Source: Oscillospiraceae bacterium
GTDB taxonomy: Bacteria; Bacillota; Clostridia; Oscillospirales; Acutalibacteraceae
Assembly: GCA_031556545.1 (NCBI GenBank)
Contig: JAVBST010000004.1
Coordinates: 46,886-110,885, forward strand
Direction: 5' to 3'
DNA: 64,000 bases
Under the pieces are notes generated by a model, which was not told the origin of the DNA, did not search any database, and saw only the letters and a program-made list of their open reading frames with translations. This document shows, one piece after another, positions 20,115 through 28,809 of the stretch (position 1 is the first letter of the stretch; every line of letters begins with the position of its first letter). A program made the position numbers and the translations under genes.

Positions 20115-21374
20115 TTAGCTTTGCAGCAGCTTCTCCACACAGGCCAGTTTCACACAGATGCACAGCAGCTCCACCGCAATGCCCAATTCCGATACCGGCG
20201 GGAAGGTCGGCGCAATCCGGATATTCTGATCCTGCGGGTCTTTCCCATAGGGATAGGTTGCCCCAGCAGGCGTAAAAATAACACCTGCCTCCTTGCATAG
20301 CGCCACCACTCGCCCGGCGCAACCGGACAGCACGTCCAGACTGATAAAATAGCCACCCGAAGGTTTGTGCCAGCTTGCAACCCCGGCCGATTTCAGTTCC
20401 CTGTCCATGATATCCAGCACCATCGTAAACTTGGGGCGCAAAACGGCCGCATGCCTTTGCATATGCGCACGAATCCCCTGAAGATTGCCAAACAGCTTCA
20501 CATGCCGCAGCTGATTGAGCTTGTCGGGACCAATCGTCTGGAAAAACAGGCGCTTCTTGATGCTGGCCACATTATTTTCCGAAGCCGCAATGGCGCTAAT
20601 GCCACCGCCCGGAAAGGTAATCTTCGAAGTGGAGGCAAACATTACCGCGCGATCCTCATGGCCGCACTTTGCACACTCATCCAGCAAGTTCAGCAGGGGG
20701 TCGCTGGTCCCATACAGATCATGGACCACATAGGCGTTGTCCCAAATGATGCGGAAATCCGGCGCCGTCTGCATGGCGGCAAGACCGCGCACCACCCGGT
20801 CTGAGTAGGTAATCCCCTGCGGATTCGAATATTTGGGGACGCAGAACATCCCTTTTACACTCTCGTCCCGCACCAAGGCTTCAACCTGTTCCAAATCCGG
20901 CCCTTCCGCCGTCATCGTGACGGGGATCATCTCCAGACCAAAATACTCACAAATGGAGAAGTGCCGGTCATACCCGGGGGAGGGACATAAGATCTTGACC
21001 TTGCTCTGCGCCGCCCAAGGCGCCCCGCCCGTACCGTGGGTCATGGCCTGGGCAATATAGTCGTACATTAATGTCAGGCTGGCATTGCCGCCGATGATGA
21101 TATTCTCAGGGGCAACGCCCAGTATTTCTGCAAACAGCGCCTTACACTCGGGAATGCCGTCCAGGACGCCGTAGTTCCGGCAATCGGTGCCATCCGCCGC
21201 CTTATAATCGGTACAACGGAGCAGCTCCATCGACAAATCAAGCTGATCCGGACCCGGCTTCCCGCGGGACATATCCAATTTCAGATTCTTTTGCCGGTAT
21301 GCATCATATTTCGCCTGCAACTCGGACTGCAAGGCTTCCAGCGCTACCTGGCTCATCTGCGTATACTCTTGCAT
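20115..21374 (-). CDS. Class I/II PLP-dependent aminotransferase
   Basis: 419 aa; LDMSRGKPGPDQLDLS N-terminal region and a STSKITFPGG lysine region typical of fold-type I aminotransferases. Confidence 0.75.
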   Translation of the reverse strand: MQEYTQMSQVALEALQSELQAKYDAYRQKNLKLDMSRGKPGPDQLDLSMELLRCTDYKAADGTDCRNYGVLDGIPECKALFAEILGVAPENIIIGGNASLTLMYDYIAQAMTHGTGGAPWAAQSKVKILCPSPGYDRHFSICEYFGLEMIPVTMTAEGPDLEQVEALVRDESVKGMFCVPKYSNPQGITYSDRVVRGLAAMQTAPDFRIIWDNAYVVHDLYGTSDPLLNLLDECAKCGHEDRAVMFASTSKITFPGGGISAIAASENNVASIKKRLFFQTIGPDKLNQLRHVKLFGNLQGIRAHMQRHAAVLRPKFTMVLDIMDRELKSAGVASWHKPSGGYFISLDVLSGCAGRVVALCKEAGVIFTPAGATYPYGKDPQDQNIRIAPTFPPVSELGIAVELLCICVKLACVEKLLQS

Positions 21375-21390
21375 ACTTTTTCCTCTTTTC

Positions 21391-22797
21391 CTAAAATTCC
21401 GCGGAACCCGTGGTGCGTGGGAAGGGCAAAACGTCCCGGATATTGGAGATGCCGGTAAGATACATCACCATGCGCTCAAATCCCAGACCAAATCCAGCGT
21501 GTTTTGTACCGCCAAAACGGCGCAAATCCAAATACCAGCCATAGTCCTCCTCCTGCAAGCCCATTTCCTGTATGCGGCTTCGCAGCATATCGAGGCGTTC
21601 TTCTCTCTGGCTGCCGCCGATAATTTCGCCGATGGCCGGCACCAAAAGATCCATGGCCGCGACGGTCTTGCCGTCATCGTTGAGACGCATATAAAAGGCC
21701 TTGATATCCTTAGGGTAGTCGGTGACAAAGACAGGCTTTTTGAAAATCTGCTCAGTCAAATACCGCTCATGCTCCGTTTGCAGATCCGCGCCCCACTCCA
21801 CCTTATACTCAAAACTATCATTATGCGGTTTGAGCAGCTCAATCGCCTCAGTATAGGTCACATGCCCAAACTCGGAATTGGCTACGCTTTCCAGGCGGCT
21901 GACAAGCTCCTTATCATAAAACTGGCTCAGGAATTGCAGATCATCCGGGCAGGTGTCCAGCACATACCGCAGGATATACTTGATCATATCCTCGGCCAGT
22001 TGCATATCGTCCTGTAAATCCGCGAAAGCAATTTCCGGCTCAATCATCCAGAATTCGGCCGCATGCCGCTGGGTATAGGACTTTTCGGCCCGGAAGGTGG
22101 GGCCAAAGGTATACACTTTCCCAAAGGCCAATGCCATGCACTCGGCCTGCAATTGGCCGGAGACTGTTAAAAAGCTGGATTTGGCAAAGAAATCCTGGCT
22201 AAAATCCACCTTTCCCTGTTCGTCCCGGGGCAGGTTATTGAGATCGAGCGAGGTCACGCGGAACATCTCCCCCGCCCCCTCCGCGTCGCTGCTGGAGATG
22301 ATGGGCGAATGAGCATAGACAAAGCCGCGTTCCTGAAAAAAGCGGTGGATGGCGAAGGCCGTCACGGAACGAACGCGAAAAGCGGCACTCAAGGTATTGG
22401 TACGCGGGCGCAAATGCGCAATGGTGCGCAAATATTCAAGGGTATGGCGCTTTTTCTGCAAAGGATAATCGGGTGAAGAAACGCCCTCTACTGTGATTTC
22501 TGAGGCATGAATCTCGAAAGGCTGCTTGGCTTGCGGAGTCAGCACCACTTTGCCTGCCACCACCACAGCCGCCCCGACATTTTGCTTGGCAATCTCCTCA
22601 AAATTGGAAAGCTTATCCCGCTCAAAAACTACCTGCAGCCCTTTGAAACAACTGCCGTCATTGATTTCCATAAAGCCCAGGGCCTTAGAATCCCGAATGG
22701 TTTTCACCCATCCGCATAATGCCACTGTTTTTTCATCGGAAAGCCCTTGCTGATCCCGATACAGATCGGCAATCTCCGTTCTGATCAATAAAAACAC
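21391..22797 (-). CDS. asnS: Asparagine--tRNA ligase
   Basis: 468 aa class IIb synthetase: OB-fold N-terminus plus [21 protein letters not shown] and GGSQREER motifs. Confidence 0.9.
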   Translation of the reverse strand: MFLLIRTEIADLYRDQQGLSDEKTVALCGWVKTIRDSKALGFMEINDGSCFKGLQVVFERDKLSNFEEIAKQNVGAAVVVAGKVVLTPQAKQPFEIHASEITVEGVSSPDYPLQKKRHTLEYLRTIAHLRPRTNTLSAAFRVRSVTAFAIHRFFQERGFVYAHSPIISSSDAEGAGEMFRVTSLDLNNLPRDEQGKVDFSQDFFAKSSFLTVSGQLQAECMALAFGKVYTFGPTFRAEKSYTQRHAAEFWMIEPEIAFADLQDDMQLAEDMIKYILRYVLDTCPDDLQFLSQFYDKELVSRLESVANSEFGHVTYTEAIELLKPHNDSFEYKVEWGADLQTEHERYLTEQIFKKPVFVTDYPKDIKAFYMRLNDDGKTVAAMDLLVPAIGEIIGGSQREERLDMLRSRIQEMGLQEEDYGWYLDLRRFGGTKHAGFGLGFERMVMYLTGISNIRDVLPFPRTTGSAEF

Positions 22798-22883
22798 CTC
22801 TTTTTCAACGTATCACTCTGCTTTTGATATCCACAAATTCCCATAGGAGATATACCTTCAAATTATATCAAATAATTCGGGGA

Positions 22884-24203
22884 TTACAAGTCTTCGTCAT
22901 AAAAATATTGATTTGTAAAGAGATTGCCCCTAATCACCGGCAACAAATTGTTCTCCTGCAGCCGCTGCGCCGCCAACATTACCGCAATCCCGGCAGTATC
23001 AAAATTGATCCCTCCCTGCAAAAAAACGGCGTAGGGTTCCCGAAGCGGCGCGTCGGCGGAGAGCTCAATTGAAGAACCCAGCGTGAACGCCCCCGCCGCC
23101 ATAATAATGTCGGCGTCATAGCCCGGCATGGGCGCCGGTTCCGCAGCCGCAAAGGCGTCTACCGGAGAGCCGCTTTGAATGCCCTGGCAAAAGGTGATAA
23201 GGCGCTTATCGTCCAGCAGACGGATGGCCTGGATGATATCCGCCCGCGGCTCATCAAAACGAGGCAGGGTCTCAAATCCCAGCCGCTCAAAAAGCGCGGC
23301 GGCAAAAATTGCCGTTTTCAGAGCCTCCCCCACCACTTTGGGAGCATGGTAGAGACCCATGTACAACTCCCGGTTATGCCCAAGGGAAGCGCCCACCTCC
23401 CTGCCCACGCCGGGGCAGCTGTAGCGCTGGGCACAAAGTGCCACCAAATCCGCGCGTCCGGCTATGTATCCGCCCGCGGGCGCAATGCCGCCGCCCGGGT
23501 TTTTAATCAGGGACCCCACAATCAGGTCGGCGCCGACCTCGGTAGGTTCCTGCTTCTCGACAAACTCACCATAGCAGTTATCCACCAGCACCGCCACGCC
23601 CGGATGAATGGCCTTCACGGTTTGTACAATTTCCCCGATCTGAGCGCAGGACAGGCTTTGCCGGAGACTATAACCCCGGGAACGTTGAATGTAGACCATC
23701 CGCACCTGCGGGTCCACGGCCGATGCAATGGCCGTAAGATCGGGTTTGCCCTGCGCATTCAGGGATACCTCCCGGTACCGGATGCCAAAATCGGCCAGAG
23801 AACCACCCCCGTGCGCCTGATTCCCCATGAGCGCTTGGAGGGTATCATAAGGTTGGCCCGTAACGCTCAATACCGTATCACCCGGCCGGAGCACCCCGAA
23901 CAGGGCCACCGCCAACGTGTGCGTTCCCGACAAAAAGGAGTGGCGCACCAAAGCGTCCTGCGCCCCCATGATCTCGGCAAATACCTGATCAAGCGTATCC
24001 CGTCCCCGGTCATCATAACCGTAACCGGTCGTGGCGGCAAAGTGCGATTCACTCACCTGATATTCAATAAAACTATGCAGCACTTTCTGGGCATTGTAAG
24101 CGGCGGTCCGCTCCACCTCATCGAAAAACATGGCGGTTTCCAACATCACTGCCGCCGCCGTCTGCTGCAATTTGGGATCAAACCTGAAAAACGGATTGTT
24201 CAT
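22884..24203 (-). CDS. Methionine gamma-lyase-family PLP protein (YnbB / aluminium-resistance-like)
   Basis: 439 aa with a YnbB-like sequence (GYGYDDRGRDTLDQVFAEI, SLIKNPGGGIAP). Confidence 0.75.
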   Translation of the reverse strand: MNNPFFRFDPKLQQTAAAVMLETAMFFDEVERTAAYNAQKVLHSFIEYQVSESHFAATTGYGYDDRGRDTLDQVFAEIMGAQDALVRHSFLSGTHTLAVALFGVLRPGDTVLSVTGQPYDTLQALMGNQAHGGGSLADFGIRYREVSLNAQGKPDLTAIASAVDPQVRMVYIQRSRGYSLRQSLSCAQIGEIVQTVKAIHPGVAVLVDNCYGEFVEKQEPTEVGADLIVGSLIKNPGGGIAPAGGYIAGRADLVALCAQRYSCPGVGREVGASLGHNRELYMGLYHAPKVVGEALKTAIFAAALFERLGFETLPRFDEPRADIIQAIRLLDDKRLITFCQGIQSGSPVDAFAAAEPAPMPGYDADIIMAAGAFTLGSSIELSADAPLREPYAVFLQGGINFDTAGIAVMLAAQRLQENNLLPVIRGNLFTNQYFYDEDL

Positions 24204-24219
24204 TGCTATTCTCCATTAT

Positions 24220-24993
24220 CTATCGTTCATTCTTATCCAAAAACGCCCATGTATCCACCACCGAAAATCCCCGTTTCTGATAAAAATATTCATTCCCGGG
24301 ATGATCGGTCATCACGTAGATCCTTTTGCCCTCTGCGTGGAGCTGTCCCGCGATGTGCCGCGTCAAGCCCGTCGCCATCCCTTGTCCGCGGAAGTCCGGC
24401 CGGGTGGCGATCCCCCCTAATATAGCGGACGCTTCCCCAAAAGCTGTCACCAGCAAAGAAGCGATCCGCTCCCTGCCCTGCTGTAGGCAATAGGCGCGAG
24501 CCGTATGATGGCGGACCCGGTGGGAGAGATCGAGATACCACGCCTCAAAGCCTTTAAGACAATAAATGCCCGGATCACTCTCTCGGAGCAGGTCATAGAC
24601 GGCCCGCAAGGGCGGGTTGGTTTCCAACACCCCCGGTAAAGAGTCCGTCGGCGCCCCTTGCCATTCCAGAACACTTCCCCTTTGGGCCAAGCGGACCTCT
24701 GGCCCCAGTCTATCGATCCAACTGCCGCATAGGGTGAGTTGCCGAAAAGGCAGCATCTGCAGAAATGCGGACAGCTCTTCCGTCGGGCCCTCTTCCGCCA
24801 CCAGCGTCAAAGCGCTGTCAATCAGGCATAGCGCCGCATAGGGACTTCGCCCATCCCACGCTAACCAAAAGGAGGCAAAGGCATAGCCGGTGCCATACGC
24901 AGTGCAAAAGGACTCTATGCGCGCCCCCAGCGGATGTCGGCGGCAAAAACGCAGCAGGGATCCGGTATCCTGCTTGTCCACCAGCTTGATCAT
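24220..24993 (-). CDS. GNAT-family N-acetyltransferase
   Basis: C-terminal acetyl-CoA motif RPDFRGQGMATGL. Confidence 0.7.
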   Translation of the reverse strand: MIKLVDKQDTGSLLRFCRRHPLGARIESFCTAYGTGYAFASFWLAWDGRSPYAALCLIDSALTLVAEEGPTEELSAFLQMLPFRQLTLCGSWIDRLGPEVRLAQRGSVLEWQGAPTDSLPGVLETNPPLRAVYDLLRESDPGIYCLKGFEAWYLDLSHRVRHHTARAYCLQQGRERIASLLVTAFGEASAILGGIATRPDFRGQGMATGLTRHIAGQLHAEGKRIYVMTDHPGNEYFYQKRGFSVVDTWAFLDKNER

Positions 24994-24997
24994 CGCA

Positions 24998-26029
24998 TCA
25001 TAACACTTGGCCTGAGGCTATCGCAACCGCCATGGCTTCCATCAAGTTGCGGGTATGCGTTAGATCCGTCTGGCTGATGACACAGTGAGCCGTGTGCAAA
25101 TAGCGGCAGGGCAGCGAAAGCGCCAGTGTGCGCACTCCCTCCCGGCTCAGATGGACAGCGCCCGCATCATTACCGCCCGCCACCGCTTGCTTGGCCTGCA
25201 CCGGAATTCCGCTGTGCGCCCCGATAGCGAAAGCGGCTTCGTAGAGGCTTCGGTCATACAGGGTGCTTCTATCCATAAAGGAAACAACGGGGCCCGCATG
25301 CAAGCAGCAAACCTGTTTCTCTTCTTCCACACCCGCAATATCGGCCGCCGTAGTCGTTTCGGCAACGAGCGCAAACTCAGGCTCCAAGGCAAAGGCAGCG
25401 GTCCTTGCGCCGCGTGCGCCCACTTCCTCCTGTACCGTAAAGGCAAAGTAGAGATCTGTCTCCTGCTCCTTGCCAATCATATCCAATAAAATAGCACAGC
25501 CGGCGCGGTCATCCAGCGCTTTGCCCCGCAGGATATCCCCGCCCAAGTGGCCGTATTCGCTATCAAACACCGCAACGCTGCCAGGCGGAATCAGGGTCGT
25601 GGCTTCCTCCGCGTTACTCGCGCCGATATCCATGTACATCCCCTCAAAGTCCGGCACAGAATGCTTCTCTTCCGGCTTAATCAAATGCACGGGTGTAATG
25701 CCGATCACGCCATATGGGCCCTGCTCAAAGCGTACCCGTCTGCCAATTACCGCGCGCGGATCCAGCCCGCCCACCGGGTGAAAACGGAGATACCCTTCCT
25801 CTGTGGCACCCGTTACAATAAAACCCACCTCGTCCATATGGGCACATAAAAGCACTTTCTTCTGCGCGGGACGCATCCCTGCTTTGAAGACGAGCAAATT
25901 CCCCAGCGCGTCCTGACGAACCTCGGCATGATCGCCGATGATTTCAAGGATGGCTTGACGAATCGCCTCTTCACGGCCAGATACACCGTCACAGGCGCAT
26001 AACTTTTCCAGTATTGCGAGTAATTTCAT
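24998..26029 (-). CDS. M42 family metallopeptidase (FrvX/CelM-like)
   Basis: Trimmed to MKLLAILEKLCACDGVSGRE, making an ATGA overlap with the upstream paralogue. AHMDEVGF motif present. Confidence 0.85.
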   Translation of the reverse strand: MKLLAILEKLCACDGVSGREEAIRQAILEIIGDHAEVRQDALGNLLVFKAGMRPAQKKVLLCAHMDEVGFIVTGATEEGYLRFHPVGGLDPRAVIGRRVRFEQGPYGVIGITPVHLIKPEEKHSVPDFEGMYMDIGASNAEEATTLIPPGSVAVFDSEYGHLGGDILRGKALDDRAGCAILLDMIGKEQETDLYFAFTVQEEVGARGARTAAFALEPEFALVAETTTAADIAGVEEEKQVCCLHAGPVVSFMDRSTLYDRSLYEAAFAIGAHSGIPVQAKQAVAGGNDAGAVHLSREGVRTLALSLPCRYLHTAHCVISQTDLTHTRNLMEAMAVAIASGQVL

Positions 26030-27042
26030 TGTGCGTCCTCCCCCCGGGTTCGGATATAGGCGGCCAGCAAGCGCGCCGTGTTTTCCAAATCTGCGAGATC
26101 CACCACTTCCACCCCGGTGTGCATATAGCGCAGAGGCAGCGAAAGCAAGGCCGTGGGGATCCCAATTTTTGAGATTGTGAAGACATCGGCGTTGGTACCC
26201 GTCGTCCCCCCCATCACTTCGAGCTGATAGGGGATGCCTTCCTGCGCGCACAGCGCTATCATCCGGTCGCTCATGCGTTTGGCCAGAACAGGGGCAATGC
26301 CAATCATCGGCCCATCCGAGAGTTTGCCGCACTTATGGGCGGGCGTGCCGGGAGAAGCGGCAAAGCTGACATCCACCGCCACCGCTTCCTCAGGCTCACA
26401 GCGAAAAGCCGCCGGTTTGGCCCCCCGGGTGCCCACCTCTTCCTGCACGGAAAAAAGCACGGTCAGGTTGGCTTCGACCTTTTGCTGTCGCAACAATTCC
26501 AGGGCCCTGAGAATCGTTGCGATACCGGCCCGGTCATCCAGAGATTTGCCCGTAACACGGCCGTTTTGCAAGGGAGTGAGACTTTTCCGCAGAAAGACGC
26601 GGTTCCCCGGCTTCACTTGCGCCTGCGCCTGCGTTGCGTTGAGCCCGACATCCACGGCCATCTCTTCGATGGAGGGAACCTTGTCCATATCCTTGCTCAA
26701 ATGTGGCGGTAGGGTGCAAACAATGCCCGGCAGGGGCGCTTTTCCATATACGGTCACGCTGCTGCCCAGTAATATGCGCGCATCCATACCGCCGCAGGCT
26801 GATACTTTTAAAAAGCCTTTTTCGTCAACATGCGTCACGATCAGGCTGATTTCGTCCATATGGGCATCCAGAAGGATGTGAGGCCCCTGCCCCTGCACAC
26901 GGCCATAGAGGTTCCCCATCGCATCGGTCTGCGTTTTTGCATAATGGGATAAAAGAGACTGGGCGGCGCGCATTGCCTCGTCCTCTTGCCCTGCGCCGCC
27001 GTGCGCCCGGGTCAAGGTCTCGAGCATCCATTTTAACTCCAT
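26026..27042 (-). CDS. M42 family metallopeptidase, second paralogue
   Basis: AHMDEISL and SLDDRAG motifs; translationally coupled to the downstream paralogue. Confidence 0.85.
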   Translation of the reverse strand: MELKWMLETLTRAHGGAGQEDEAMRAAQSLLSHYAKTQTDAMGNLYGRVQGQGPHILLDAHMDEISLIVTHVDEKGFLKVSACGGMDARILLGSSVTVYGKAPLPGIVCTLPPHLSKDMDKVPSIEEMAVDVGLNATQAQAQVKPGNRVFLRKSLTPLQNGRVTGKSLDDRAGIATILRALELLRQQKVEANLTVLFSVQEEVGTRGAKPAAFRCEPEEAVAVDVSFAASPGTPAHKCGKLSDGPMIGIAPVLAKRMSDRMIALCAQEGIPYQLEVMGGTTGTNADVFTISKIGIPTALLSLPLRYMHTGVEVVDLADLENTARLLAAYIRTRGEDAQ

Positions 27043-28445
27043 GGCTTTTCCCCTTCCTCCAAGGCCATTACCAGGCTCTTGTAATGCTTGCCGCGCACTT
27101 CGAAGTTTTTATAAGCGTCAAAGCTGGCACTCGCGGGCGAGAGGGAGACAATATCCCCTGGCTCGGCTGCCACCTTTGCCAAACGTACCGCATCCTCCAT
27201 GTCCTTGGCATATAAGATGCGCATCCCCGAGGTCGCAAACTCTTTATGTTTGCGCACCACATTTTCAATCTGCGGTCCCGTTTTCCCCATGAGAATCAGC
27301 GTCTTGACCTTTTTTACAAGCATTGGCGCCAAAGGCTCAAAGGGAATCTTTTTATCATAGCCGCCCGCAATGAGGAGGATTTTCTGCTGCATCGCGTCGA
27401 GCCCTGCCATCGTACGCGTAGGATTGGTGGCAATGGAATCGTTATACCACCGCACCCCCGCGACCTCCCGTACAAGTTCCATGCGATGCTCCACACCGCT
27501 GAACTCCCGCGCCACCCGCGCCATATTTTCAGGCGTCACATAGCCCCAAAGGGCCGTGATGGCTGCCAAATAATTTTCCACATTATGATTGCCCCAGAGC
27601 TTTATATCATCTCGGCGCATCACCGGGTATTGTTCCCCTTCGTCACAAAAATAAATCTGCTCACTCGGATCTATATACGTGCCGCGCCGGGGGGCTTCCT
27701 TACGGCTAAACCAAAGCTGTTCGCCACGCACAAGATCCCCCATCTCCCGCGTGATGGCATTGTCAAGATTGAGAACACTGCGGGAAAACGCCCCCTGGTG
27801 CCACAAAATATTTTTCTTGGCATCCACATATTCCTGCATGTCCTTGTGCATATCCAAATGATTGGGTGCGACATTGGTCACCACCGCTACATCCGGGCTG
27901 CACCGCATGGAAATGAGCTGAAAGCTCGAAAGCTCCACCACGACTTTATCCTCGGGCAAGATCTCTTCAATGATGGGCAACAGGGGTTTGCCGATATTTC
28001 CCCCCAAATGCACGCGGAACCCCTGTGCCTTGAGCATTTCCGCAATCAACGTGGTGGTGGTGGTCTTGCCGTCCGAGCCTGTCACGGCAAAGATCTGCGC
28101 GGGGCACAGCTCAAAAAACACCTCCATCTCGGAGGTTATCACCACGCCCCTTTGGCGGTAGGCGTTAAGTTCCGGTAAATAAAACCGCATGCCCGGTGTG
28201 CGGAAAATGATATCGACATCAAGATCCTCTAAATAGTCTTTCCCCAGTTTCAGTGTTGCCCCGGAAGCCTCCAACTCCTCGGCTATACCCGCAAAATCGG
28301 TGCGTTCATGCGCATCACAGGCAATCACCTGCGCACCGTACTGTAAAAACTGCTTGATGAGAGGGGTGTTGCTCACCCCTATCCCACAAAAGGCAATCCG
28401 TTTGCCCTGCATACTCTCAAAGAACGCGACGGCTTTCCAATCCAA
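27033..28445 (-). CDS. murD: UDP-N-acetylmuramoylalanine--D-glutamate ligase
   Basis: VTGSDGKTTTTT P-loop and Mur ligase domains. Start proposed at TTG 28445 (MDWKAVAFF), 6 nt after AAGGGTGGGG. Confidence 0.85.
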   Translation of the reverse strand: MDWKAVAFFESMQGKRIAFCGIGVSNTPLIKQFLQYGAQVIACDAHERTDFAGIAEELEASGATLKLGKDYLEDLDVDIIFRTPGMRFYLPELNAYRQRGVVITSEMEVFFELCPAQIFAVTGSDGKTTTTTLIAEMLKAQGFRVHLGGNIGKPLLPIIEEILPEDKVVVELSSFQLISMRCSPDVAVVTNVAPNHLDMHKDMQEYVDAKKNILWHQGAFSRSVLNLDNAITREMGDLVRGEQLWFSRKEAPRRGTYIDPSEQIYFCDEGEQYPVMRRDDIKLWGNHNVENYLAAITALWGYVTPENMARVAREFSGVEHRMELVREVAGVRWYNDSIATNPTRTMAGLDAMQQKILLIAGGYDKKIPFEPLAPMLVKKVKTLILMGKTGPQIENVVRKHKEFATSGMRILYAKDMEDAVRLAKVAAEPGDIVSLSPASASFDAYKNFEVRGKHYKSLVMALEEGEKPWS

Positions 28446-28546
28446 TCCTACCCCACCCTTATGCAAACTTTAGCATGATTGCGCATGTGTCCACGCAGTA
28501 GACACGCGCTTAAATGCCGGAATAATAGTGCCCTACACAACACGAG

Positions 28547-28580
28547 GAAGGGAATTGAATTTCTACGCTCAATTCCCTTC
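28547..28580. other. 12-bp perfect hairpin in the ATPase/murD intergenic region
   Basis: GAAGGGAATTGA, 10-nt loop, TCAATTCCCTTC; no U-tract on either strand. Confidence 0.5.
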
Positions 28581-28809
28581 GTAATATTATACGTTTATGA
28601 TGGAAAAATATCAATACTTTCCTGTCTGATATAGGAAATTTCGAAGATTGCATTTTGAAAAAACCGCAGACAGACTGCCGGAAACGACATCCGTATAGGC
28701 CCGCCCGTTTTCACACAAGCTGCAAGCCACGAAAAACCAGATCCGGAAGGCCGCGCACACTCCCGGCGGATTTCGCGTGGCGATGGGGCCAGCGTCGCGC
28801 CGGCTCATA

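Noticed and set aside
23175-24425. 416-aa plus-strand ORF, the longest unassigned ORF in the track
   Set aside because: It is entirely antisense to the well-supported ynbB-like and GNAT genes. It is Arg/Pro/Gly/His-rich low-complexity sequence typical of shadow ORFs in GC-rich coding DNA, and it has no SD.
26030-26332. 101-codon N-terminal extension of the M42 peptidase ORF 24998..26332
   Set aside because: It overlaps the upstream M42 paralogue out of frame. The conserved M42 N-terminus starts at MKLLAILEK with an ATGA stop/start overlap. I rejected the 5' extensions of 34456..34653 (ABC exporter), 727..1494 (scpB) and 56208..56297 (GH97-like) for similar reasons.
27246-28178. 310-aa plus-strand ORF
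   Set aside because: It is antisense to murD and looks like a shadow ORF. The same reasoning rejects 30010..30816 (antisense to the ATPase), 54804..55736 (antisense to the GH97-like gene), 48961..49635 (antisense to GH43), 31695..32408 (antisense to coaX) and 9181..9720 (antisense to mreB).
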